Part shown: positions 38,111 through 49,911 of the stretch, piece after piece
Numbering within the stretch: position 1 is the first letter of the stretch
How the letters are laid out: each line of letters begins with the position of its first letter
Translations under genes and position numbers: made by a program
Source: Centroscyllium fabricii
Lineage: Eukaryota
Assembly (NCBI GenBank): GCA_051313645.2
Contig: JBNRSN020000019.1
Location: forward strand, 16,988,001 to 17,052,000
Reading direction: 5' to 3'
DNA length: 64,000 nucleotides
Notes under the pieces: generated by a model
The model's input: the letters and a program-made list of their open reading frames with translations, nothing else
What the model was told of the DNA's origin: nothing
Database searches by the model: none

Positions 38111-39823
38111 TGTAAGGAGCGTGCGCCGTATATTTTACTGTACGACTTGGGGTCCGTTACTGCCTTGCGCTAGCAGTCCGCTAGGCCTCGCGCAATAACC
38201 TCCTCCCCCGCGAGCGGTTCGAATCGCTCACTCTTTACGGTTCTAGACGCTGGACTTAGGTGCAGGAAGAGAGAGAGAGAGAGAGATGGATGGATGCCGA
38301 TTGGACTCAGACTATTGACTCGAATAAAAGTTTGCAAAGTTGGAAGATTTTATTACATCAAGAGATATATTTACAGCAGTTAGATGGTGTTTTATCGGGT
38401 CAACACAGTATGGTACACCAACAATTGTTCCCAAATAGATATATATACATATGCACATACACAAACAACTCATAGGATGGGGAACGCACGACACATCGTA
38501 AATCGGGGCAATGACTCTAAAATTACACCCCAAACGAACCACCCTTCCCTCTATTGCCTAGCTATGTCCAGGTGTGTAGGATCGATGCACATGCTCACCA
38601 CTCGGTAATACTCGGGGTCTGCTACGAAGTCCCTCGTCTCCTCGGCTGCAGCGTCGGTCGTCACGTGGCTGTGGAAGATTCGGGAGTCCACTTGTTGTTT
38701 TCTCCCTTTGGGCGGCGGTCGCTCCTGCTCGGGCTGGTCCCGGACGGGTTCCTCGAGGCTGCTCTACCTTCTCACACCAACCGCACCGTCTCCCTGGCTG
38801 AACCGGACCCTGGGGTATGCCGATCCTGCCCTCTCAAGCCGAACTGTAACGGGCTGCTAGCCTAATTGTTCTCCCACTCTTCGAATGCAACTGCAACCAG
38901 CCTTTTCTAACTCACTCACTTTGAATATTTGCTTCGCTAATGGGCCTCAGCAACTAAACTACCTCACCGGCAATGGTTTTCCGATGCGATACTGCCCTGA
39001 CCCAACTCTGCTGTCCTGCCAGAGCCTTCACCTTGCTTGCCCTGCACCCAGAAAGCTGAACTGGAGTCTTCGAGAAAGACAGCCCACCCAAAGTCACTGC
39101 TAGACCTCACCGCTTCAAGAGGTCGCCTCCACGAGTCGAAAGAGAGAAATCCAAGAGCCTTCTCCAAGAGCTCACCGATGAGAAGCGATTTTACAAGAGA
39201 GTCTGTTACAAGAGAGTCAAACCCCCCTCCTCCAGGGAGTCCGAGATGAAGAGAGATCGAACTGTGTAAAGTCCTGCCAGTTATACCCCAAAGCCGAACT
39301 GCCTAATGTCTTTCCCATTAGAGCCTGTATTGTGTGTGGAAAGCGGTTATTGCACTCCTTTTGTCTAGCCAAGCCTGCCGGTAATAGTTTGATGGCAGCT
39401 CTAACTTCTCCATTAGAGCTCTCCTTTGTTTCCAAGGGTGCTAATCGCTTTCTGCTGGAAGGGTATACAATTTCTGTAGCTGGCTGAACGGACCAGCTGC
39501 TTCGTTTCTGCAGTTGTTTTGGGTGATTATTTAAACTGGGTGCATTTCTTTGTCGGGCTAATCGGCCTCTAAAAGGCAGGCTATTTATTTCCAGGTTTAA
39601 CAGCGCCTTTATGTCTGGTTTCTTCGCGGGCTTTTCGAGTTGGGTTTGGTTTCGGTTTGTACTGTGCCATGTGGTCCGGCGGCCATCTTGGAGGCCCCTT
39701 TTCTCTGATCAGGCCGCAGCCTGTCTTGTCTGCCATTGTCCAAATAAAATAAAATGTGAATACTCCATCCTTCGTTTCTGGTCTTTGTGGATCTGATTTA
39801 ACAGGGAATATTGCGACCTTACA
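38111..39823. mobile_element. 1.7-kb solo LTR-like insertion (ERV or Gypsy)
   Basis: Ends TGTAAGG...CCTTACA with a 4-bp TSD CTCC. It interrupts a Rex1 3'UTR whose uninterrupted form (gaagactcgacgctcccgagagtagt) is visible at about 2976-3000. No long ORF. Confidence 0.85.
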
Positions 39824-42590
39824 CTCCCGAGAGTAGTGCAAATAAATTACATGCAAATTGCATACAGTAAAGTACATTTTCAGGTGTGCAGGTACCGGAG
39901 TTTATTTTTAGAGTTCAGGAGGCTGACAGCCCTGGGGAAGAAGCTGTTCTTAAATATAGTCGTGCGGGTGCGAATTGATCTGTAGCATCTCTTGGAGGGC
40001 AGGGGGGCGAACAGACTGTGGCTGGGGTGTGTGGGGTCTTTAATAATGTTCAGAGACCTCCGTAGGCAGCGTTTGAGGTAGATGCTTTCCATTGACGGTA
40101 GCTGGGTACCGGTGATTCGTTGGGCAGTTTTGACCTTCCGCTGCAGGATCTTCCGGTCCGAGATGGTGCAATTTCCAAACCAGACTGTGATGCAGCTTGT
40201 CAGTATGCTTTCGATTGTGCAGCGGTAGAAGTTGGTGAGGATGCCGGATGACAGCCTGGCTTTCTTCAGCTTCCTTAGGAAGTACAGGCGCTGTTGGGCC
40301 TTCTTAACCAGAGAGGAGGTGTTGAGTGACCAGGAGAGGTCTTCCGAGATGTGGACCCCGAGGAATTTGAAGCTGGACACCCTTCCCACCTCAGGCCCTT
40401 GGATGAAGATGGGGGGGTTGTCTTCTGCTTTCAGTCCTCCGGAAGTCCACTATGATCTCCTTAGTTTTCTTGTATTCTTACTAATTTCTTAATCAGTCAG
40501 CCTGGCCTGCTTTTGCAGACGAGTGGAAAAGGAGGCCCAGGCCATCGTGGAGGCAGTGCGCTACTGGCGTCATTACCTGGCCGGTAAGCGTTTCACCCTG
40601 CTCACCGACCAACGGTCGGTCGCGTTTATGTTTAACAATAAACAAAACATAAAAACCGACTGCAAAAGCTTTTATAGGTATATCAGGAGGAAAAGATTGG
40701 TAAAATCCCAAGTCAGTCCCTTGCAGTCCGATTCAGGGGAATATATAATGGGGAATAAGGAAATGGCAGACCAATTAAATTCAGATTTTGGTTCTGTCTT
40801 CACAAAGGAGGACACAAATAACCTCCCTGGGATATCGGGAAACATAGGGACGAATGCAAGGGAGGAGCTGACAGAAATCAGTATTTCTAAGGATATGGTG
40901 TTGGGGAAGTTGAAGGGATTGAAGGCCGACATATCCCCAGGGCCTGATAATCTACATCCTAGGCTACTTAAGGAGGTGGCCCTGGAGATAGTAGATGCTT
41001 TAAGGATCATTTTCCGGAACTCGATAGACTCGGGAACAGTACCCATGGATTGGAGGGTAGCTAATGTTACCCCACTATTTAAAAAGGGGGGTAGAGAAAA
41101 AGCAGGGAATTATAGACCAGTAAGCCTTACATCAGTAGTGGGCAAAATGCTAGAGTCCATTATTAAGGATGTAATAGTGGAGCACTTGACAAATAGGGAC
41201 GGAATCAGACAGAGTCAACATGGATTTACAAAAGGTAAATCGTGCTTGACTAATCTATTGGAATTCTTTGAGGAAGTAACTGGTAAATCTCCTCGCAACA
41301 TTATCTGCTCCAAGCAGAACAACCCCAGCTTCTCTAGACTATCCACATAACTGAAGTCCCTCATCTCTGGAACCATTCCCATAAATCTTTTCTCCACCCT
41401 CTCTAAGACCTTCACATCCTTTCTTAAGTGCGGTGCCCAGAATTGGACACAATACTCCAGTTGAGGCCGAACTAGTGTTTTTATACAGGTTCATCATAAC
41501 TTCCTTGCTTTTGTACTCTATATTTATGAAGCCCAGGATCCCGTGTGCTTTTTTAACCACTTTCTAAACCTGCCCTGCCACCTTCAACGATTTGTGCACA
41601 TTTTCCCCCAGGTCTCTCTGTTCATGCACCCACTTTAGAATTGTTTACTTCAGTTTATATTGCCTCTCCTCATTCTTTCGACCAAAATATATCACTTCAC
41701 ACTTTTCTGCGTTAAATTTCATCTGCCACGTATCCTCCACCCATTTCACCAGTCAAGCAACGCCTTGATCTTAAAACTCTCATGCTTGTTTTCAAACCCT
41801 CCATGGCCTCGCCCCTCCCTATTTATGTAACCTCCTCCAGCACCACAGCCCCGCCGTGGATATCTGCACTATTCTAATTCTGGCCTCTTGTGCATCCCTG
41901 ATTTTAATTGCTCGACCATTGGTGGCCGTGCCTTCAGCTGCCTCGGCCCCAAGCTCTGGAATTCCCTCCCTAGATCTTTCCTCCTCTCTACCTCTCTTTC
42001 CAACGCTCCCAAAACCTACTTCTTTCATCTGCCCATATCTCTCCTTATGCAGCTCTGTGCCAAATTTTCTCTTATAACGCTCCTGTGAAGTGCCTTGGAA
42101 CTTTTTAACTATGTTAAAGGCGCTATATAAATGCAAGTTGTTGTTGTATTCCAAAAGACACTATCTGCAGCTGTGGAGCAGAGGGCAATGCTGCTGTCCG
42201 TTGGCCCCATACCAGTCAGCCATCTTCCCCAAAACTCCATGTTTCAACCTCTTCGATCAGGTTTCGGCCCGATCGAAACCCGATCAAAAGTGACATCCTC
42301 TGTGACTGTGGCACACTATCCCTTCTCACCTTTATTTCAGTCATTTTTAAACATGGTTTAAAATTTAAAAGGGACTGTGCATGAACAATATAATTAGAGG
42401 GAACATTGCTGGGGACTCTTCAGCACACAGCAGCGAGAGCGGGACTAGAGGCGAGAGGCAGGGATTAAAAGGAGCGGCAACCCGAGGCCCAAGACCAGCA
42501 GCGAGAGCGGGACCCAAGGCGAGGATAAAAGATGCAGCGAAGGGCAAAAAAAAAATCATCAAGGAGTAACATCACAGGACAGCAGTATTA

Positions 42591-43913
42591 CAGGTTGAGC
42601 ACCAGTACGGCACGGTGGCATAGTGGTTAGCACTGTTGCCTCACAGCGCCAGAGACCCGGGTTCAAATCCGGCCTCGGGTGACTATCTGCGTGGAGTTTG
42701 CACATTCTCCCCGTGTCTGCGTGGGTTTCCTCCGGGTACTCCGGTTTCCTCCCACAGTCCAAAGATGTGCGGGTTAGGTTGATTGGCCAGGATAAATTGA
42801 CCCTTAGTGTTAGGGGGATTGAATATGTGGGGTTACGAGGATAGGGTGGGATATGTGTCGGTGCAGGCTCAATGGGCCGAAATGGCTTCTATCTGCACTG
42901 TAGGGATTCTATGAACCCGGCACCCTCGGGACCAGGCCGGTGCCGGACCATTGAAAATTCCGAACCATTGAAGGTTAACGCTCTCCCTTCTCACCCTCCC
43001 ACCCTCCTCATCCTCCATCATGACCAAATAAACACTCGGGGAATGAAATTTAAATTTTGCAAAGGAGAACTCGTTCTCCGCTTCGAGCCAGACCCGACAA
43101 AGGCCAAGGTTTTATATGATGCCAAGGTAGCGGCCCGACTCTTTGAATTGGCGCAGCTCCAGGTTTCCACCGATTGCCCCAAACATATACCAGAGGCGGC
43201 GGCGGCGGCGGCTGGGGGGGCCCGGCGAGCGAGATATGCGGGTTCACCCTCATCCGAGCTGCACCGTCTTGCTTAGTCAAATAAAGTGGCTCGTGTCACC
43301 TGGCCTAGTTGGCAGTTAATCGGTATTTCTCCTTCGCCTCTGCCTCCGTTTAAAAAAAATCATTTTGATGGGATGTGGGCGTCGCTGGCTGGCTAGGCCT
43401 GCATTTAGTGCCCATCCCTGACTGCCCTCGAGAAGATGGTGGTGAGCCACCTTCTTGAACCGCTGCAGTCCATATGGTGTAGGTATACCCACAATGTTAG
43501 GAAGGGAGTTCCAGGATTTTGGCCCAGCGACAGTGAAGGAGCGGCGATACAGGTCCAAGTCAGGATGGTGTGTGGCTTGGAGGGGAACTTGTAGGTGGTG
43601 CTGTTCCCATGCATCTGCTGCTCTTGTCCTTCTAAGTGGTAGAGGTCGCGGGTTTGGAAGGTGCTGTTGAAGGAGCTTTGGCGAGTTGCTGCAGTGCATC
43701 TTGTAGATGGTACACACTGCAGCCACAGTGCGCTGGTGGCGGAGGGAGTGAATGTTGAAGGTGGTGGATGGAGTGCCAATCAAGCGGCCTGCTTTATCCT
43801 GCAGATAAACCTAACGGGTAGAACACTCCCCGAGCGGCTGCTCCGCAAACTGAAGACCGCCGGTTTCCATTCGTGCCAGACCATCGGGTGCCAGATTACT
43901 GGTGCTCAACCTG
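42591..43913. mobile_element. MITE hosting a SINE (42607-42912) and an L2/CR1-group LINE 3' fragment (about 43350-43800, -)
   Basis: TA|CAGGTTGAGCACCAGTA ... TACTGGTGCTCAACCTG|TA. Confidence 0.8.
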
Positions 43914-45981
43914 TACAATTTCTTCTCTCTCTAAGCTGGGACAGTGGTTTAAACTAAGAGCTGAGGAACTATTACTGTTACTTCATTAAAGTAGTAACTT
44001 AACTAGATAAACTAATTAATCAATCTAACTATAAATAATCATTTGAATAAAAACGTTAAATTAATTCAGGCTATCAATAATCAAATAAATAAAAAAGTCT
44101 AGAGATGGCAGGGGAGGCAATGTCGGGACTGTAGTATGTGGGAGTTTGTGGACAGCGAGACGGTCCCGGATTCCCACATCTACAGCAAATGCCTCTGCCT
44201 TCAGTCTCTCCGGCTGAGAGTCATTGAGCTGGAGTGCGAGAGTGAGACACTTTGAAACATAAGGGAGGGGGAGGAATTTCTGGACAGTTTTATCCAGAAT
44301 ACAGTCATGCCCCAGAAGAAAACACAGGTTCAGGAAAGGAAGGGTGTGACTGTCAGGGAGCCGGGTAGCAAGGACATAGGAGAGGTTGAGGAGGAGGTCC
44401 CGCAAACACTGATCCGATGTACTCGCTACCTGTGAGGACAAGGAGAAAGACCGCGGGGAGGACAGCCACAATGCAGACCAAGGCACCGTGGCTCAGGTGG
44501 CTGTCCAAGGGGGTTGGGGGGCGGGGGATGGAAGGTAGAGAATAGAAATGTGGTAGTGATAGCGGATTCTAGACACAAAAGGCATCAAGGGGTATGGGGA
44601 GACAGCGGGAATATGGTATTGAGATAGTGGATCAGCCATGATCACACTGAATGGCGGAGCAGGCTCGAAGGGCTGAATGGCCTACTCCTGTTCCTATTTT
44701 TCTATATTTCTATAATTAGGGGGATAGATAGCATCTTCTGCAGCCATGAACGAGAATCCCGAAGGGTGCAGTGCCATAGTAAGGGATATCTCGTGGTGGT
44801 TGGAGAGGAATTTGGAAGGATGGGGAAAAATCCAGTTGCCGTGGTCCATGTTGGAACAAAACTAAATAGGTAGGAACAGGGAGGAGGTCCTGCTGAAAGA
44901 GCATCAGGAGTTAGGAGCTAAATTAAAAAGCAGGACCTCAAGGGTAATAAGCTCTGGATTATTGCCCGAGCCACGTGCAAATTGGCATAGAAACAGGCAG
45001 ATCAGGAGAATTAACACGTGGCTAAGGGGCTGATGTGGGAAAGAAGGTTTCATTTTCGTGGGACACTGGCACCAGTACTGGGACAGGAAGCTGTCCCAAT
45101 GGGACGGGCTCCACCTGAACCGGGATGGGACCCGTGTCCTAGTGGAAAGGGTAAACAGGGACTATTAAGATGGGGGGGAAGGAAATCGACAAGAAATGAA
45201 ACCAGCCTAAATATAAACAAAACTGGAAAGGAGAGCATAGGAAAGAATAAAGTAGGGGAGGGCATTGATGGCCAGGGAATAAATAGAGTTATAGAACTGG
45301 AGTGTAAAAGGATGGTTAACAATAAAATGAGAGGGACTACTACAGGTTGAGCACCATTAATCTGGCACAGGCGGGACCAGGCCCGTGCCGGGAAAGCGAA
45401 AATCCCAAACGATTGAAGCTTCAGTGAGCGCATGCGCAGACCACTCAAAATGGTCGCTGCGAAAGGCGGTGGCCATTTTGAGTGGTCTGCGCATGCACTT
45501 GTGATTCGGGCAGGCCCGGCATCGTTCGGAGAGACTCGCAGAGCCCCGGCTGGGGACGGCTCGCAGAACCCCCGGTTCGGGGGGTGGCTCGCAGAGGCTT
45601 GGGGCGGCTCGCAGAGCCCCAGCTGGGGACGGCTCGCAGAGCCCCGGCTCGGGGCGACTCGGGGCGGCTCACGGAGGCTCGGGATCAGCTCGGCCATTGT
45701 GAATGATCTGCACATGCCCAGATCATTCGCCGAAGCATCAATCGCGGCGGCCATTTTGCGCATGCGCAGGGTGACGTATCGTCAATATCTCTTAATAAAA
45801 GACTGGACGAGTAGTTACCGTAACGATAGGCTTTTAATAACTTACTTTGGAGCTACCCTCCGAACGAACATCAGAACAGAATGAGGGAGCCTCGGTCAGT
45901 CCGCACCTATAAAGGCCTCACCCGGGGGAGGAGTTAGAGGTGTGGCTGACCTGGCTCCACGACAGTGTTACAGGCTGTGTA

Positions 45982-48745
45982 TCACACACAGCCAATTGTT
46001 GGCAACCTCGGAGGCCATCGTAGGTGTAGGGGGTGTTCTGGATACTGTGGCTGGGCGGGCTGCTGGCCGACCAGGGGCTCTGCTGCGGTGTTTCCTGCGG
46101 GCGCCAGGTCCCTAATTGAAACGGTGTCCTCACGCCCGTCCGGGAACTGTACAAACGCGTATTGCGGGTTCGCATGCAGGAGCTGCACCTTGTCCACCAG
46201 GGGGTCGGTCTTGTGGCCACGGACGTGTCTCCTAAGGAAGACCGGCCCCGGTGTCGTGAGCCATGGAGGAAGAGCTGTCCCCGAAGTCGACTTCCTGGGA
46301 AAAGCAAAAATCAAATCATGAGGGGTGGCGTTAGTGGTCGTACACAGGAGAGAGCGTATAGAATGCAGCGCGTCTGGGAGGACTGCCTGCCAATGGGCCA
46401 CTGGAAGGCCTCTGGAGAGCCAGGGTGACCGCCTTCCAGATGATCCCATTCTCCCTTTCTACCTGGCCGTTCCCCCGGGGGTTATAACTGGTCGTTCTGC
46501 TCGTGGCAACCCCTTTCTGGAGCAGAAACTGACGCAGTTCATCGCTCATGAACGATGACCCCCGGTCGCTATGGATGTAGCTGGGGAGACCGAAAATGGC
46601 GAACAGCGTGGTGAAGTGTTTTATCACCGTTGCGCTCGTCATATCTGCGCAGGGGAAGGCGAAGGGGAAGCGGGAGAACTCATCTACGACCGTGAGGAAG
46701 TATGAGTTGCGGTCGGTGGAGGGGAGGGGGCCTTTGAAGTCCACGCTGAGACGTTCAAAGGGGCGGGTGGCCTTGATGAGGTGCACCGTGTCTGGCCGGA
46801 AAAATTGGGGTTTGCACTCGGCGCAAACAGGGCACTCTCGGGTCATAGCCTTGATCTCCGTGATGGAGTAGGGGAGGCTACGGGATCTGACGAAGTGGGC
46901 GAGTCTGGTGACACCCGGGTGGCAAAGGCGGTCGTGGAGGTCCTTCAGCCGGTCTAGCTGGGCACTGGCGCACGTTCCCCTGGACAGTGCGTCCGGGGGT
47001 TCATTGAGTTTACCTGGTTGGTAAAGAATGTCGTACTCGTAAGTCGAGAGTTCGATCCGCCACCGCAGGATCTTATCATTCTTGATCTTACCCTTCTGTT
47101 TATTATTAAACATAAACGCCACCGACCATTGGTCGGTGAGAAGGGTAAAACGCTTACCGGCCAGGTAATGACGCCAGTAGTGCACGGCCTCCACGATGGC
47201 CTGGGCCTTCTTTTCCACTGCAGAGTGGCGAGTTTCGGGTCCCTGTAGGGTGCGGGAGAAAAACGCTACGGGCCTGCCTGCCTGATTCAGGGTGGCAGCA
47301 AGGGCGAAGTCCGAAGCGTCGCTCTCCACCTGGAAGGGAGTGGATTCATCAACAGCGAGCATGGTCGCCTTGATGATGTCTTCCTTTATCCGGGTGAATG
47401 CCGTTTGGGCTTCTACCGAAAGGGGGAAAACGACAGCCTTGAGGAGTGGTCTAGCCTTGTCCGCAAACTGTGGGACCCATTGTGCGTAATAGGAGAAAAA
47501 TCCTAGGCATCTCCTCAAGGCTTTAGGGTTGTGAGGTAGGGGCAGTTCTTGAAGGCGTCGCATACGCTGTGGGTCGGGGCCGAGGACCCCGTTTTCCACC
47601 ACGTATCCGAGGATGGCGAGCCGGTCTGTATTAAAGACACATTTGTCTTTGTTATACGTGAGGTCCAGCTTATCCGCCGTGTCGAGGAATTTGGCCAGAT
47701 TGGCATCGTGGTCCTGCTGGTCGTGGCCGCAGATGGTCACGTTGTCCAGGTAAGGGAAAGTGGCCTGCAACTCGTTCTGGTCAACCATGCGGTCCATCTC
47801 CCTTTGGAACACTGACACTCCGTTGGTCACGCCGAAGGGGACCCGGAGGAAGTGGTAGAGCCGACCGTTCGCCTCGAAGGCGGTGTAGGGGCGGTCGGCT
47901 TTCCGGATCGGGGGTTGGTGATACGCCGACTTAAGGTCGATCGTGGAGAACACCTTATATTGGGCGATCTGGTTGATCATTTCCGAGATGCGGGGGAGGG
48001 GGTAGGCGTCGAGCCCGGTGTAGCGGTTGATAGTCTGGCTGTAATCGATCACCAGCCGCTGTTTCTCGCCAGACTTCACCACTACTACCTGGGCCCGGCA
48101 GGGGCTGGTGCTGGCTTCAATTATCCCCTCCTTCAGCATACGCCCGACCTCCGACCTGATAAACGTGCGATCCCCCACACTGTACCGCCGACTCTTGGTA
48201 GCAATAGGTTTGCACTTGGGGTCGAGGTTGGCGAACAGTGAGGGGGGGTCGATTTTCAGGGTGGAGAGGCCGCAGGCCAGGCTCCGCTTTGGGAAGGGAC
48301 TGTCCCGGCTACTGACGGTGAGGGGGGGCAAGGTCCCGCCGAACTCCATTGTCACGCTCTTGAGGTGGCACTGGAAATCCAGACCGAGTAAGGCTGGGGC
48401 ACACAACTGCTGGAGGGTGTACAATTTAAAATTACGGTACACGCACCCCTTGACTGTGAGCGTGACGGAGCAGTAGCCGGTGACGTCCGCGGTGTGGGAC
48501 TTTGAAGCAAGGGAGACTTGGTAATTCGTGGGCAGGATCTGCAGTCCGCAGCGCTGCACTGTATCGGGGTGCACAAAGCTCTCCGTGCTTCCAGTGTCAA
48601 ATAGGCAATCGATAATATAGCCGTTAATTTTAATGGGCATTATCGAATTCGACAGTGTCTGGCCTGTCATGGTCCACTCTGGGTATGGCTGAAGCCGACG
48701 TGTACTTTTGTGTGTGGGGGCCCCCTGCTGGTTGGGGCTGTACAC
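45982..48745 (-). pseudogene. Gypsy pol (protease-RT-RNase H-integrase); frameshift near 46410 and truncated C-terminus
   Basis: Protease LFDTGS; RT motifs IDLKSAYHQ, PFG and YLDN; RNase H DASD; integrase HHCC (H..LCH...CPVC), SVDFKGP, HSDRG and GQVER. Confidence 0.93.
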
Positions 48746-48875
48746 AAAATGGCGGCGCCGAGGGGTCGCACATGGTGGGCCGCTGGGGTCGAGATGGCGG
48801 CGCCCGTGGTTCGCACGCGGCTGACCGCTGTGAGCGCGCTGGCGGCGCCCGTGGTTCGCACGCAGCGGGCCGCGG

Positions 48876-49911
48876 TTACTGGGTTGGCGGCGCCCGTGGT
48901 TCGCATGCAGCGGGCCGCGGTGGTCGGGTTGGCGGTGCCAGTGATTCGCACGCAGCCGGCCGCGTTGGGTCTGCTGCTGGCGTTGGGGGGTCGCGCTTTG
49001 CCGGCCTTTGCCGCATCGGGGTGGGAGCTGGGGGCGCTTCCCTTCTACCCCCGGACCGTCGCTGGATCGCGCTGCTATTGCAGCTTACCGGAGGTCTGTC
49101 GGAGCTTTCACAGGCTGCGCTGTTGTACCTGGAGTTGGGCGCTGCTGGTGCTGATCTGCAAGCCTTTGCGTAATGTCCCTTTTTGGCGCACCTCTCGCAG
49201 GTCGCGGTCCTTGCTGGGCATCTCGCTCGCGGGTGCAGTCCCTGGCCGCAGAAATAGCAGCGTTTGTCCTTTGTGGCTGTCGCAGCCATCGTGGGGGTCT
49301 CGACCCGTTGTGGTGCTGCCCAGGCCTGGGCCCGTTGTGGCGCGGCCCACATGTCATAGGCCTGCGGGTTTGTGCCGCTGTACGCCTGCAATTTATTGCG
49401 TGCTCCTTCAACGGAGTTAGCTATGGTGATAGCCTCTTCCAGAGACAGAGTCTTTTTCGAGTAGCCGCTGGCGGGCTTCCACGCACCTCAGGCCGGTTAC
49501 GTACGCGTCTCGGACGAGGAGGTTCGCCTCCTCTTCTGCTGTCCGGGCTTGGCAGCCACAGACCCGTACCAGGGCCTGGAGCGCTTGCTCAAACTGTTCA
49601 TTGGTCTCACCTGGTAGTTGTGGTCTGGTCACGAGCACATGTCTGGCGTAGACCGAATGGACCGGGCGCTCGTAGCATTTTCTCAGCTTTTCCACTGCCC
49701 CTGGGTAGGTTTTGGCGTCTCGGATGAGGGAGAATACTCGACTGGAGATCCTAGACCGGAGAACCTGTAGCTTGTTCCCGTCAGTTGTAGCCTTGGCGGC
49801 GTCCATATAGGCCTCCAGGAGACCGAACCAGTGTTCGAACGTGGTGGTGGCGGCGGCTGGGTCCTGTGGACTGATATCCAGCTTTTCTGGCTTTACTGCC
49901 CCGCTCTCCAT
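48876..49911 (-). pseudogene. Gypsy gag (frameshift near 49415) with two zinc-knuckle motifs
   Basis: MESGAVKPEKLDISPQDP...FEHW; CYFCGQGLHPRARC and CERCAKKGHYAKAC. Confidence 0.85.

Noticed and set aside
40523-41350. 275-aa ORF as a novel domesticated gene
   Set aside because: It is a fortuitous in-frame join of Gypsy RNase H and CR1 ORF2 fragments, starts at GTG and has no promoter or exon evidence. Kept only as a junction finding.
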